From Paraspadella gotoi (taxonomy: Eukaryota > Animalia > Chaetognatha), in the NCBI GenBank assembly GCA_051294375.1, contig CM119263.1, positions 8,498,908 to 8,562,907 on the forward strand: a stretch of DNA of 64,000 nucleotides, in the 5' to 3' direction. Made by a program: the position numbers and the translations under genes. Of the stretch, positions 11,195 through 24,100 are shown piece by piece. Under the pieces are notes generated by a model, which saw only the letters and a program-made list of their open reading frames with translations, had not been told where the DNA came from and did no database searches. The first letter of the stretch is position 1, and every line of letters starts with the position of its first letter.

Positions 11195-14100
11195 CATACA
11201 TATGACAACCTCTAAATCATTTAAGTCCTTATTATTATTAACAAAACGCACAAAGTCAAAAATCCCCCCACTAACATCAACAAATCTCATCTCAATTACT
11301 GCCGCGCCAACAGGGCGACCGACGAGTGCACCCGGCATGAACCGGTGCTTGCGCTCGTCTTTCGGACGTCACGTGATCCGAACGAACGACGCCCAAGCGA
11401 AAATCGTTGTAAAAGCGAAAAACGCCAATAAAGAATTTAAAGCTTTGTTCGTTCGGCTCGCAACACGCCCGGCAAATTTTCCACGACTACACGATGGAGA
11501 AATCCAAAAAAAAGTTTTCGGCAGAGATCACAATTCGCGATCAGCACGGCGCACGTGATCCGATTCGGGCAAAAGCGACAAAAATGGGCGCCGAATTCGA
11601 CGCCTTATTTAGATCTTGACGCCTTTTGTTCGTACGGCTCGCGTTAGCCTCTGAGCGCAACACGCCGGACCGGGTTCGGGAAGATGCCACGTGGATAGAA
11701 AACGAAACGCATGGACATTAAGGCGTAGTAAAATTTCTAAATTTAACTTTAATTAAAATTCTAAAAGTGAAGAACGAACGACATTATACTAATGTATAAA
11801 AAAACTGAAAGAATTTTTAAAAATGATTTATATTTTCTTTTATCAACTTTTGATGAGGAATTCAAATCTGCAATCAAAATTAAGAAAAGCCTATTTTGAA
11901 ATTTTTCGATTTTATAAGGATAGTACTATATATAAATATAGCCTACTACGAAAATTAAAAAACATAAAATTAATTTTTTTTACAAATTAATGTTGACTGA
12001 TGGAATGTTGTTCATAATTGACTTTTAGAATTTCCGTACGTAACTTTCACTACGCTCTAATGGACATTGAACAACAACAGGGAGTATGTAAAGACGAAAC
12101 TCACATGAGGGTCAGAAGATTGACTGCTTCGTAGAGCAGAAAGACCCACAGCGACGAAGTTATCCAAGGGAGAGAATCCCAGGGAAACCGCTTTCCAGCC
12201 GAGATGCTGTCAATGGAAAAAAAAAGACGTGCTGAATAAGAACATTGAAAAAATTAAAAAAATAGAATACTGGAGAGAAAGGAAAGTAATAAGTAATAAA
12301 AGAAATAAGATCAGCTAAAGAGAAGGACCCATGAGTTATGTAAATAGAAAAGATAAAAGAAATGAAGGGAGCAGGACAGAGTAGAAATGGGAACGAATAT
12401 GAGAAAGAGGGGGAAAAAAGATTTAAAAAAAGAAAAACATGAAGACACACCTTCATAAAGAGGCAGTGGCCTCGAGTTTCCGGCGCTAATGAAAATATCC
12501 CCAACGTGGATTGCTCTCGAGCGATTTCGTATATCGGGTAGGAAGAGTTGTTGGCAATGAGAACAGCGAGGCGATCGCCCGAGTTGGAAATCTGGCAGGG
12601 AGACGTCTTGTATAAATGGTAATCCACCTTAAACTTAAATAAACCTAAACTTAAATAACATTATATCTTTCAAAACTAAGTTTAAGAGGTTAAAGTTAAG
12701 AAAACTTTATCCTTATTCCAAGTTTGAAAAATCAACTTACACCTTAGCCCAAGCCGAAGTTCAGCCCACAAAGACGGTCAAAATTCTTTTTGCCCTTCTC
12801 ACCTTTATGCTGTGGTCGTTGTAAAACCTGCACCTAGGGACAATCACATTGCACTGTCGTCTTTGTTCCGGGATATCGTCTGAATGTTTAAAAAAATATA
12901 TTTTTGAATGACCTCATTTTTTTCCTGCTTACTGACTCTGCAAAGAAAATCAGGAATTTTTACCTAGTTAGCTACGATAGTTTTCTACTCTTTATACTAT
13001 GCACTTTTAACATCTGTCAGATACGATAGACGAATCATTGAGCAATCTCCCTCCAAGCCTCCATCTCTCTTATTACAGATTTCCATGGGACATCAACCTT
13101 ACCCGAAGATTCCCCGTAAGGGCGATCAAAAGAGGCCAAGTCCATTGGCGGGGTCAGACTGGAAAAGTCCCACCACTGGACGCGGAAGGAGCAATCGAAG
13201 ACGCCACCACCTAATTCGCCGGAACCCATGAAGGCTCCGGCCGAAAGTCCAGCCAAAGAGGGGCCTGGAAGGCGAATCGAACCTTTGTTTCAATCGATTA
13301 CTTACATAATTTAAATTTTGACTCCGTAGATGTTACGTTTTTTCATTTCTTGACGTGAATCAAAAAATGAATACATGTATGAAAATAAAATTTATTGTCT
13401 CGCACGCACCTCCATGCCCATAATCGGGACGACCAAACCACTGACGATTGTACCTCGCCCAACGCCAAGGAGGCGGTGGCGGAGGCGGCGGCGATCCAGA
13501 GATTCCAGCGGCAACGTTTTGAGTGGGTAGACCAACTCCACGAACACCCTTAAAAATTAGCTTTTGTTCATCCATTGATCATTTAATTACTAATAATAAT
13601 ATCAATTCACCTGATCAAAATCCCATTCGTCGCCGGGATCGGGCGTAGAAGACCGAGGACGGTCCAAAGAGGGCGGGTTATAATCGGGGTTACCGACAAA
13701 ATTACCCGTGGAAATTCCGATGGGTTCCGAGCCTATAGGAAGGAGATATTTTATTAAAAAAGTATTTTGAAGTTAAGCAAATCAACAGAAAAAAATAGAA
13801 GAAAGTTGCATGAGGAATCTAATTTACAGGATTTTTTTAAACTTTTCAGTTTTCTTTTAAATGTTTTCAAGGTAATATGCATTCTATAACCGTACTTCTA
13901 GTACGACGAGGATAAAAGGATAATCTTGAAAGTTGAAACCGCAAACGCTATCAATTTTAAGACGAGAAAAGAATTTAGGAGAATTTAGGAATAAAGAGAT
14001 TTCAATGTGATGATTGCTATTGTAGTATTATAAACCTTCTAGATTTTCGTCGCTTTCAGCCGGCGTCAAAGTAAACCTCGGCAGAGACGACCCTCGACGC

Positions 14101-17100
14101 CGCTGAAGCGTCGCGGCACCGCCGTGTCGATGTGCTGCGTTGGTGGTGTCACGGCTGCGTCTGGGGATATCCCTTATGTCCTGGTAACTATCTTCCGACA
14201 AGTAGTCCAAGTTGGGGAAGGGAGATCCCAACCGGTGGCTCCAGTCTTCAGAACCGCTCGAGGAGGAAGAGGGAAGCTGATCCAAACGCTCTTGGGAGGG
14301 GAACTGGAGAGCGCGAAATGTACCGGAATAGCAATTGGTTAGTTTTCTCCGTCGATTTTTTGTAAACCCTTTTTCTCCTTACCATAAACATAGGTTCACG
14401 CCCTTCGTCTCGTCCAAGTACGGGAGTTTCAACTATCTGTCCGGGTCGACGCAATGGCGATGGCGACCGTAAGGGGTCAAAGGAAGAGCGACGCTGCCGC
14501 GCGGAAGCCCCGGCGTCAGGAGGAGGCGGCGCAGAGGGCCGTGACCCTATTTCGATGCCGAGACGGCGTCGAAAATCGTTCAAGGATCGGGCGGGAGGCG
14601 GCGATCGAGGATCCGCCGATGCAGAGTGGGTTGAAGGGCTGAAGGTAAATCGAAAATGAATTGAAGCAGTTTTAAATCTTGTTGTATTTTCTTCCTGCTT
14701 ACAACTTCCGTCATTTATTCGAAAAGAATGTCATATAAATATTACTACGCTACTTCAACCATTCATTCTTTGAAGCGATCTCCTCAGAACCAGAAGCCTT
14801 CCGCGAATTCCCTTTCAGTTTTAACTTACCTAATCATGGCCGCCTGAAGGCGCCGGTTGTGTGATAACATCCTAGCCATCTCCCGATTGTCTTGAGCGTG
14901 CCAATCGAGCTCTCGGGTGAGTTGCTGATACTGGACACAAGAAGATAATAGCTAATAACAACTACATCAAACAAATTCAGAATTAAAAATAATGAAAAAT
15001 AATTCAAATTGTTTAAACAAATCCATTTAGTATTAATTACAATAACCATAGTTGAAGGTTTGTTTTTTATATGGAACATGTTCGCTATCGCGAATAGTAG
15101 TTTCAGAGAAGTGTACCTCCGCTATTTCACTGTTGAAAAAAAAAAAAAACATAAGGGAGTGGTCTTTTCATACAATTGAAACATTCTTTGAAATATTATA
15201 CCACTTCATTGATAGGGAAGCCAGGTACTCTGGGAGTGAATAAACGAGACTGTGAGAGAGTCTTGATTGAAAGCTAGCAGGGACCTGCTATGTCATTATC
15301 ATGTAAGAGTGATGGAGGCCTTAAACCACCAAAGCCTGTCCTAAGTCAGGGGCAAGATAGCTTATTTATTGAATGAATGGATAATTTTTATATTGGTTGT
15401 ACCAATTTCATATAGTAGACATACCCTTGAATCGTCATCATGAACTTCAGCCAGTCTGCTTATCATCTGTTGGTGCCTTTGAATCTGAATCGACCAGAAA
15501 TGACGCTCTGGTGGGGATCGACTTAATTCGTGGCGTTGTTGCAGCCAGGTTGCCTGCAATTGCTGTCTCGCCGGATCTCGCCAATTTTGGGCAACGCGTC
15601 TATTCGACTGTTGTTGCATTTGGCTAGCCATATGATGCTGCTGAGCGCGAAGAAGAAAACGGCTTCTTATCCTGGACACCAATTAGAAATATACATAGTT
15701 CTTAATAAATTTTATGTATGATAGTAAAGTAAATACAAGATTACATGAGGAACGAGTTAGTTTGGATTCTTAACCTTGACGACGCTTCTGCTTCGAATTC
15801 CTCGACAATCCTTTGACGGAGCTGCGGATCACTATTTATCTGCGATACGTCCGGCTCCAGGGGAACATTCGGGTCAGCTCGCCGCCGGCTTTGAAAAAAA
15901 AATGGATGGATCGCTTCGCCTCTCGGTCGCGGACATCGATTGAACGACTCTGCATCGATCCCGTCCCTCGTCAGGTCAATCGGCGATGAATCACGCAATC
16001 GGTGCTTTAAAACATAGTAGGGCCGGCCACGGTCGTAAATGACAACGTATGGCGTTGGTCGTTGGTCGTTAAGCATTGGTGACTCGTTTTGTAATGGAGA
16101 CTCTTCTAACAAATCCCAACGTGTTGGGCGGCGACGGCGACGCTGAGCAGCGGAATCGCTAGAGGATGACTCGTAGTTTCGTTCCATACCACGTCCTAAA
16201 AATAAGTAGCGGGTGTTAGATCGAGAAATATTATATCGATAAACCAAGGGAACAAAGAGACGAACCTATTTCGTTTTGACTGTCGGGGGACGTCGTAGTA
16301 ACCGTTGAAAGCATGGGCCTATAACGAGACGATATAGGTCTTGCTCCAGTGGCGTTTGCACTGATCAGAAAATAAAAGCATTTAAGACAAAACTAGTATA
16401 TACACACGAATTGGTATCAAATATTCAAAAAGTGGGCCTCGTACCGAAACCCTTACCACCCAATTCCGACCCACTCACTTGAGAATGTCTTCGTTAGAGT
16501 TCAGCTCCATCTGATCCTCCTCTTCCTCCCGATTTCGAGCAGACGTGACTCGACGCGAGAAAAGTGAAGACGTCTCGGCGCCAACGTCGCCATTGCCGCT
16601 TACCGAAACTTCATCCCCGATCTCGACGTCCGAGGGAAATAGAACTTCCACAGGGCCGGCCGCGGAGCTGGGGTCCCCGTCTTCGCAAGGGACGAGGCGG
16701 ATGACGGGATACGGGCCGCTTAGTCGGTTGGGGTGCCTCGAGTTATCGGGTGGCGCTGGCATAAATGGGTTTCGAATAAAAATGTTACTCGGAGAAATCG
16801 CGGTTTCTGGCTCTCGCTCATCGCCTTCGGGCTCCATCTTAACGACGAATTTTTTATCACGTTCTTCGCATTTCGACTCCCCGTCTTCCATCTTCTCAGA
16901 TTCCTTTTTCGACCTCTTCGAGTCTTTATCCTCGAACTGATCCGACCATACTCGTTTGGATCGAGGAGGAGTCTGAGAGGAGGAACGATCTGTCTGCGGC
17001 CCCGTCTCCGATGTCGGCGATTCTTCATTCTTTACATTGAAGTTAGAAGCATCCTCAATGGATGAGGCAGTTGTCGCTCTAGCAGGTTCCCCACAAGTAT

Positions 17101-18079
17101 CGACGGTATCGAGAGAAGCGCCGAAGGTGGAGACAGAGAACATATTTTCTTCTTCTTTCGCATCGCCGTTTTTCGATCTGCCCGATTCAGACCTTTCCTC
17201 GCCCACTCTCTCCTCCCCTTCCTCCCTTTCCTTCCTTCCTCTCTTCCTCGATTCTTCTCTGGTCTGCGTCTCGAAGTCTCCCCTTCTCTTCCTTTCCCCC
17301 CGAAGATCCATTTCCGTGTCGGTCGAAGAGGCTTCGGACGACCCTCTGAGACGCGGCGTCGATAGGGACCCGCGACTCGGAAGGAAAACCGTGCCGGAGC
17401 GGTTGAGGCGATCCGCGCGGGCGGCGCGACGCTGTTGAAACTCGAGGATCTTTTGACGCACGGAGAGGGAGAGGGAAGCCGACGCGGATGAAGAGTCGGA
17501 GATGGAAGTTGAGAGCATGGAGGGAGAAGAGGCCGTGACGGTTGATAAGGACAGTGAGGTGGAAGAGCGAGGGTAAAGAGGAGGTGGAAGGGATAGGGGG
17601 GAAATGGAAGGTGGAATAGATGGGGGAGAAGATCGAGGGGGTGGGGGGAAGATAAGGGAAGATGGAGATGAAGAAGTGCAAGCTGAGGTTGTATTGGGCA
17701 TATAATGGGTAACCAGCGAAAGGTTGGGGGAGTTGCTAGTAGCGTGAGGATTGCGAACATCATCGATGTTAGAGGGGGAACTGATTAAAGAGGAGGCGCC
17801 AGAAGAGACGGTGTTGTAAACGGTCGCCGAAACTCGCAGATCGGATATAACGGACGCTAAAGACGCAAGACCGTCGGAAGAAGGTGCGGATGTTGAACAC
17901 TGATTATGAAAAATGAGGTTTTTGATAATTTTGCCCATTTAAATTAGGAAGAAAAACAATTTGATTTGTTTTTACAACGAATTATGTATTGACAGTTTTA
18001 ACAAACATGTTTTGACTCTGCACTTTAGAGTCTTCATCAGTGTTTGACAATTAGCAAGTTTTTCTCTTTAACATTAAGT

Positions 18080-18127
<48 letters not shown>

Positions 18128-21100
18128 TTACAACAAAGAATTCAGTAAAGGATAGTGGTCACTGGTCAGATGTGAGGACAGGTGAAGGTTAGGAGTGAGT
18201 TTGGTGAAATGAAATTGAGAGAGAGAAAAGATCTTTACATTTGACAATTGTACAACAATGATAAAAGAATAGAAAATAAATTAGTAAACTTAAAAATTTA
18301 AACTAATAACAATGATAATAATAATAAATTAATGAGTTTAAAGGTTGAAATTGAAATGGAAAAATAAGTGATGAGGGATAGGTAAGTAAAGAGTTAGTGA
18401 AAATGAGATGAGAAAAAAGCTTAAAGTGAGCTGGCCCCGCCTGGCCGGGCAAAGATGGGACGTTGGCGATAAGATCGGCTCATGAGATGATATGATTGTT
18501 GAGTGAGATATTTTAGGATCTGGTATGGATCCTCTCTCTCTCTCCCATTCTCTCTCAATTTTATTTCACGAAACTCACTCCTTCCCTGTCCTTACCTTCA
18601 CCTGTCCTCACATCTGACCACTATCCTTTGTCAAACACTGATAAAGTGCAGAGTCGAAACATGTCTGTTAAAACTGTCAATATATAATTCGTTGTAAAAA
18701 CAAATCAAATTGTTTTTCTTCCTAATTCCAAAAAGCAACGAAATCGAAAGTCTATAGTCTATACTCAATGCCCATTTAAATTGAAAAAAAAAAATGAAAT
18801 AACAAAAAATAATACCCGATCAGATGACCGCGAAAAAGACGAAGAAACCGCGTCATTGTAAGCGCCAAAATTATTGTTGTTGTTATTGTTATTACTGCCG
18901 CATCGATGTTCATAATTCTCGGAGCAGAGATGATTTTCATTGTTATTGTTGTTGTTGTTGTTGCCATTTCTAATCTGGTCATCAGTCGGCCCTCTAAAAA
19001 AAACGCGCCGACGAACAGCCGAATTGCCATTCGCGTTAACGAAGATGCTCCCGGTTACATCTTCAACGCCAGAATCAGTGTTGTCGTTAGAGTCGCCGTT
19101 ACCGTCGCTGCAGGGGCGGAGTGGTGATTGAGAAATAGCGAGAGGAGCTGCATTGTGGCGATTTCTGAAAATGAAAGTCAAGCAAAATTATAATCATTTC
19201 TTGTACTTGTAGCTTTCTTTTTTCCCTTCCTATTTCCCACTCAACATCTTACCCTTCGATGGCGTATCTCCTGAAGCCCGATCTGTTTCCTCTATCCGCC
19301 CTTCTAATCCGGATCGAATCAGTGAGTTCACATTCCTCGGCGAAAGCGCTCAATGACGGCGCCGAACGTTCTTCCGTCGATGAAGATGACGAAGACGGCG
19401 GAAGGGAAACTGGGGAAAACGCGGAAAATCTTCCGCTTCTTGAAACAGACTGGCCAGGAAAGAATGTCTGGAAGCCGTCGTTGTAAGGGCGCCGCAGGGA
19501 GTGACTCGGAGGTCGCGAACGAACCCGAGGAGAGACGCGGATGAGACCGTCGTCGGTCATCGTCGTAGTTGAAGTTGTTATAGAAGGACGAGAAGAGACG
19601 AGATCCTCGGCCTCGCGAAGGGATTGAGTAAAGAAGTTTGGCAAAGAAGTAGTCGCGGGGGGCAGAGAAGAGGTGAGGGGCGGTTGAAAACGAGTGAGAA
19701 CTGGGAGAGTAGTAGGGGGGGATGAAAAAGGGGGCAAGGGTGGGAGAGATGTAGTGAAGGGCGGTTGAGAAGAGGACAAAGGTGGATGTGAAGACGTATT
19801 GCTTGGAGGGATGTTAGACGGATAAAGCACGGATCCTGTTTAAATCGATGGAAGCCAGGAATGAAAAGTCATTTAATTTCAACGAAAGAGAGAGATAGAT
19901 CGAAACAAAGAGAGAAAGGGAGACGGGGGGCCAAAAAAAAAAAAAAATTACGTCACCTGCAGTGTCAAGAGAGTCGTTGAAGGCATTCAACGGGCGGTCA
20001 TCTCCTGGAGAAACTGTAATTCCAGCGCGTCTACAAGGACAATTTCAATGTTGAATGTTTTAGTCTTAAAATAGAGGAAATAAAATAAATAGTATCACCT
20101 AAACGGATCTGGTACTAATGGAGCATCAGATCCACCCACGTTTGCTCCGCTTGAAGAATCGTTGAAAGAGTTCTGCGTTTCCATGCGACTTCGATTATCC
20201 AGAGGGGAATTGGTCGAAGTCTGCTCTTCAGAATGCTGTTCAGCTAAAGTCTCTTCGAATTTGTCCGAAGATTTTTTAGAGCGTTTTTCTTCGTTTTTAG
20301 TTTTGACGTCCTTGTGGCGATTCTTGGAGTTTTTCCAGGAATGATGATCGCAATTTCGAGCAGACTTGAATAGATTTTTGAAAAAAGACCGGCGATCTCC
20401 CGCGCTTTCTTTATCTTTTTGTTCAGAGGACGTTCTATCTTTAAGTCTAATAACTAGGTTTCTCATTGGCTTATTGCCTGAGCTTTCATTGGATGTTGTT
20501 TGTTTGGTATGTCGCTGATCGGCGGGACTTCCTTGAGCATGCTTCTGATCAGTGACCCTTCCTTTAGCATACCGCTGATCAGTAGCGCTTCGTTTAGTGA
20601 GCTGCTGATCGGCGAAGCTTTCCTGAAAATATCGCTGATCGGTTGACTTTCCTTTAGCATGCCGCTGATCGGCGACGCTGTCTTTAGCATGTCGCTGATC
20701 GGCGTTGCTCTCTTTAGCATGCCGCTGATTGGCGACGCTGTCTTTAGCATGCCGCTGATTGGCGACGCTGTTTTTAGCATGCCGCTGATTGGCGACGCTG
20801 TCTTTAGCATGCCGCTGATCGGCGACGCTGTCTTTAGCATGTCGCTGATCGGCGGCACCTTGAGCATGTCGAAGATTAGCGCCTCTTCCTTGTACATGTC
20901 GCTTATCAGCGTCACTTCTTAAGGCATGTCGGTTAATGGCGACGCTTCCGTTATTATTCTTGGCAAGCTGGTCATCGTCGGCGCTTAGATTAACAAGCCT
21001 GAGATGAGCTTGGCGATTGGCACTGCGTTGCGCGTTTGACACTTCAAGAAGCGACTCAAAAGGATTTGCAGCTCGCGCTGTAGTTTCTCGTATTATCCTC

Positions 21101-24100
21101 TCCGCGTCGGAATCGTGCTGGCGCGTCACCTCGTCCGCGAAAGCCCGAGCCATTGACAGGTTCGCCGCTGCTTCGGGAGACTGAGGGCGCCAATGGGTCA
21201 CAGAATTTTCGTTTGAAGAGGACGATCTTGTCAAATGAGGGAAAGTGTGATTTGAGAAGAAAAGTTAAATTAGAGAAGCTAAATTAGTATTACTACATTT
21301 TAACAAGATATATGTTTTCTCCAACAAAACTACGCAAAGAGGTCACTCCTAGAATGCCAGAATGTAACTAATGAAAGTAATTTCTGACCAGTGCGTAATA
21401 CTAATCTCAACGTATGTAGCGGGCATTGTGCCGACAATAGACTCCTACAGGGACTTCTGGAGTGATACGAAAAGACTTAACTCGTAATTCTTTTAGTACA
21501 TTTTATTAACATTTAATAGTTAAAAAACTTTTTTCTTCCAAATTTTAACAGTAATTTTTAATGCTGATTGTGAAGTTATCTGATCTAAAAATAAAAAAAA
21601 AATTTAGTGATAAAAAGTCAGTTTGGTGTTTTATTACAAAAATGTAAAACCTAACTTATTTATTATGGTAACTATTATTTATCAAGTATAATCAAGTATT
21701 ATTCATATTATAATTTTTTTTATTCTGGATCGTGATACATTTACTACAGTATCTTATTAATAAAAAAATGAAGCATGAAAAATTTTTTTATGGTTTTAAT
21801 GAGAACTGAAGATCCACTTTCAAAATAAAAATTATGCTTCAGAAATTTATCCTCCGAGAAAAATCTTTATAACCTAGCAACTATCCTAGCTAGTATGTTA
21901 CGAATTGGTGGAACAAGAACTGTAATTCATATGTGTTGCGCCACAGTGACAGCCTTATCACGCGTGATGACTACAATAACTTTCGCACTGCATCGGAATT
22001 CGTCTTTTATTCTTAAAAGTTTTAGGATTTCCTGAAGGTGGCGCAATGCAGTCCCTTAGATTAGAGGTTTTTCCCTGTATTAACAAATGAGCAACCAACT
22101 ATATAGAAGTTATTACGATTAGCATTTTTAACATAAGTGGGACAGACTGACAGACAGACCGACCGAAAAGTGACATATAGAATTGCTCCGCGAGTACTCG
22201 CGGCGTAACTAAAAAGATTGAAATTCCTGTAATGTGACCAGGTAATGTAATCAGCTCATAACGCAACGTTCCCGGTTCAATTCCAACAAAGTACAAGCCC
22301 TACGGTAAGCAAGAGGACAGCCCTAAACCGCCTTGCGGGAGTAGCAACCCCCTTAGCCTGGTTCGAAGCCCCGAACCCGTTCTATGGATGTGGGGGCAAA
22401 AGAAGTTATGGATACTTTAAATAGTTATCCTCAGCCCACTTAGATGTCTTAGCCCCTTATCCACACAAAAAAATTCTTCTTCAAATTCTTTTTCAAACAG
22501 ACTAAACTTATGAATTTGACTGAATGGAACATTCACCTTGCTTCGACGTTGGACTCCACGTTTTCCTCCCGCATCCCACTTCCGTGATTTCTTTCGGGGT
22601 CATAGTTTGGATTTTCCACAGCCACAATTCGCGAATCGCCTTCACCACCAGCTGCACCACCGCTTTCGTTCGCGGCCGAGTTATTACCTCGGGATAAGTC
22701 GCGACTTCGGACAACAGCCTCCGCCCGAGCGCCGGCGACGTTAGCGATGTTACTGGCAGCGTCACTGGCGGCATTTCTGGCCTGGACCACATCACGAAGA
22801 GCGTCTCGGCCGTTGGAATCGTCCTCGAAGAGGCGGTTGAGCGACTCGTGTAGTCGTTCGAGCTGCTGGTCCAACTCCGTGCGAAGCCGTTCTAGCACGT
22901 TTCTGTAAAAATAAATCAAGAGAAAATTGAACAAAATTTGTTCGAAATTAAAAACAAGACTGATTTAAATGAATTAATAAAAAGTTATTAATGAATTCAA
23001 AAATAAATATTCTAAATTATAATCCAAACCATTTGATACCATCTTAGATTTTAATTTAAATGAATGGCTAAATTTTACTTACGCCGACCGCGGTTTTGGC
23101 GTCTTTTGAAAAACTACTTAAAAATATTCATTTAATAAAAAAATTTAAAAAAATTATCACCCGATTACCCTAACCCAAAACCCTCTTAACCCTAACTACC
23201 CCTAACATTAAATCACCCCTAAAAACCCTTAACCCCTCCTTAACCCCGGTCGGCGAAAATAAAATTAACCCAAATTGATTCTAATTAACAAATTAAAATA
23301 TAAATGTCATTATCAATTAAATTTTAAAGTTAAACTATAAAAATTGGTTAAACTCAAAGGATATATAAGTAAGTATAAAAGTTTTTATCACCTAAAAATT
23401 CAAAGGCCACTACGGTATTTACCAGCGGTTCCCACCGACCGAACCTGGAATTCGCGGCGGTGTTGACCGTGTCGGCGATCACGCTGGCGGCGCGCTGATG
23501 TAGAGATGATAGTCGCTGTCTATGACACTGGTAGCGGTCTAGACTGGCAAAACGCTCGTTACCGCTCGGCACGAAATATCTCGAGGCTCGGCTGCAGCCG
23601 CAATTCGCGTGAATCGTAGGACACAATCCTCTATTTCCGGTTTTGTTCGCGATGCCAGTGTAGAGTATGTCGCCGAAGGGACTGAACCCTACCCATCGGA
23701 CGAGTTCCTGAAAGACAGAAATAGATGACGCTCAGCACTAAACTAATATGCTAATTGACTTATTCTCAGACGGCACCTGCAGATTGGCTGTGGAGCACCT
23801 AGCATAAGGAGCGGTCATGCTCCAATCCCAAAAGTAAAGCGAGTTGGAAGTGGCGATGACGAGAAGCCGAACCCGCGGGTGGAAGCAGATGGCAGAGATG
23901 ACGGAGGTCGGCGCCACTCTCCAGATTTCACTACCGCCCTATGCAAGATTTGAATAAGTATGTCAGGCGAGAAATAGAACGGTAATTGAGGAAAGAGGAT
24001 AAAAATTTGGCATCGATTTTAATACCGATTGGAAGAATGGAAATTGAAAAACTAGAAAATTAGCGAATGATGACGAGATCTGTTTGAATCAGAAACTTAC

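Larger units (their letters stand above)
17941..18727. mobile_element. Fold-back element, probably inverted Penelope-like pseudo-LTRs, in AMBRA1 intron 9
   Basis: 17941-18050 pairs with 18629-18727 and 18147-18233 pairs with 18528-18628; each outer arm holds a hammerhead-like motif. Confidence 0.75.

Noticed and set aside
16545-17763. Overlapping ORFs in other frames and on the + strand of AMBRA1 exon 10
   Set aside because: Shadow ORFs of GC-rich, low-complexity coding sequence
20505-20930. Regular 30-bp repeats as a CRISPR array
   Set aside because: Head-to-tail units without unique spacers, inside a spliced eukaryotic exon
22228-22290. Functional tRNA-Met gene
   Set aside because: Acceptor and D stems do not pair; treated as a SINE head
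23160-23250. Interstitial telomere
   Set aside because: Units are degenerate and enclosed by TIRs, so part of a TE
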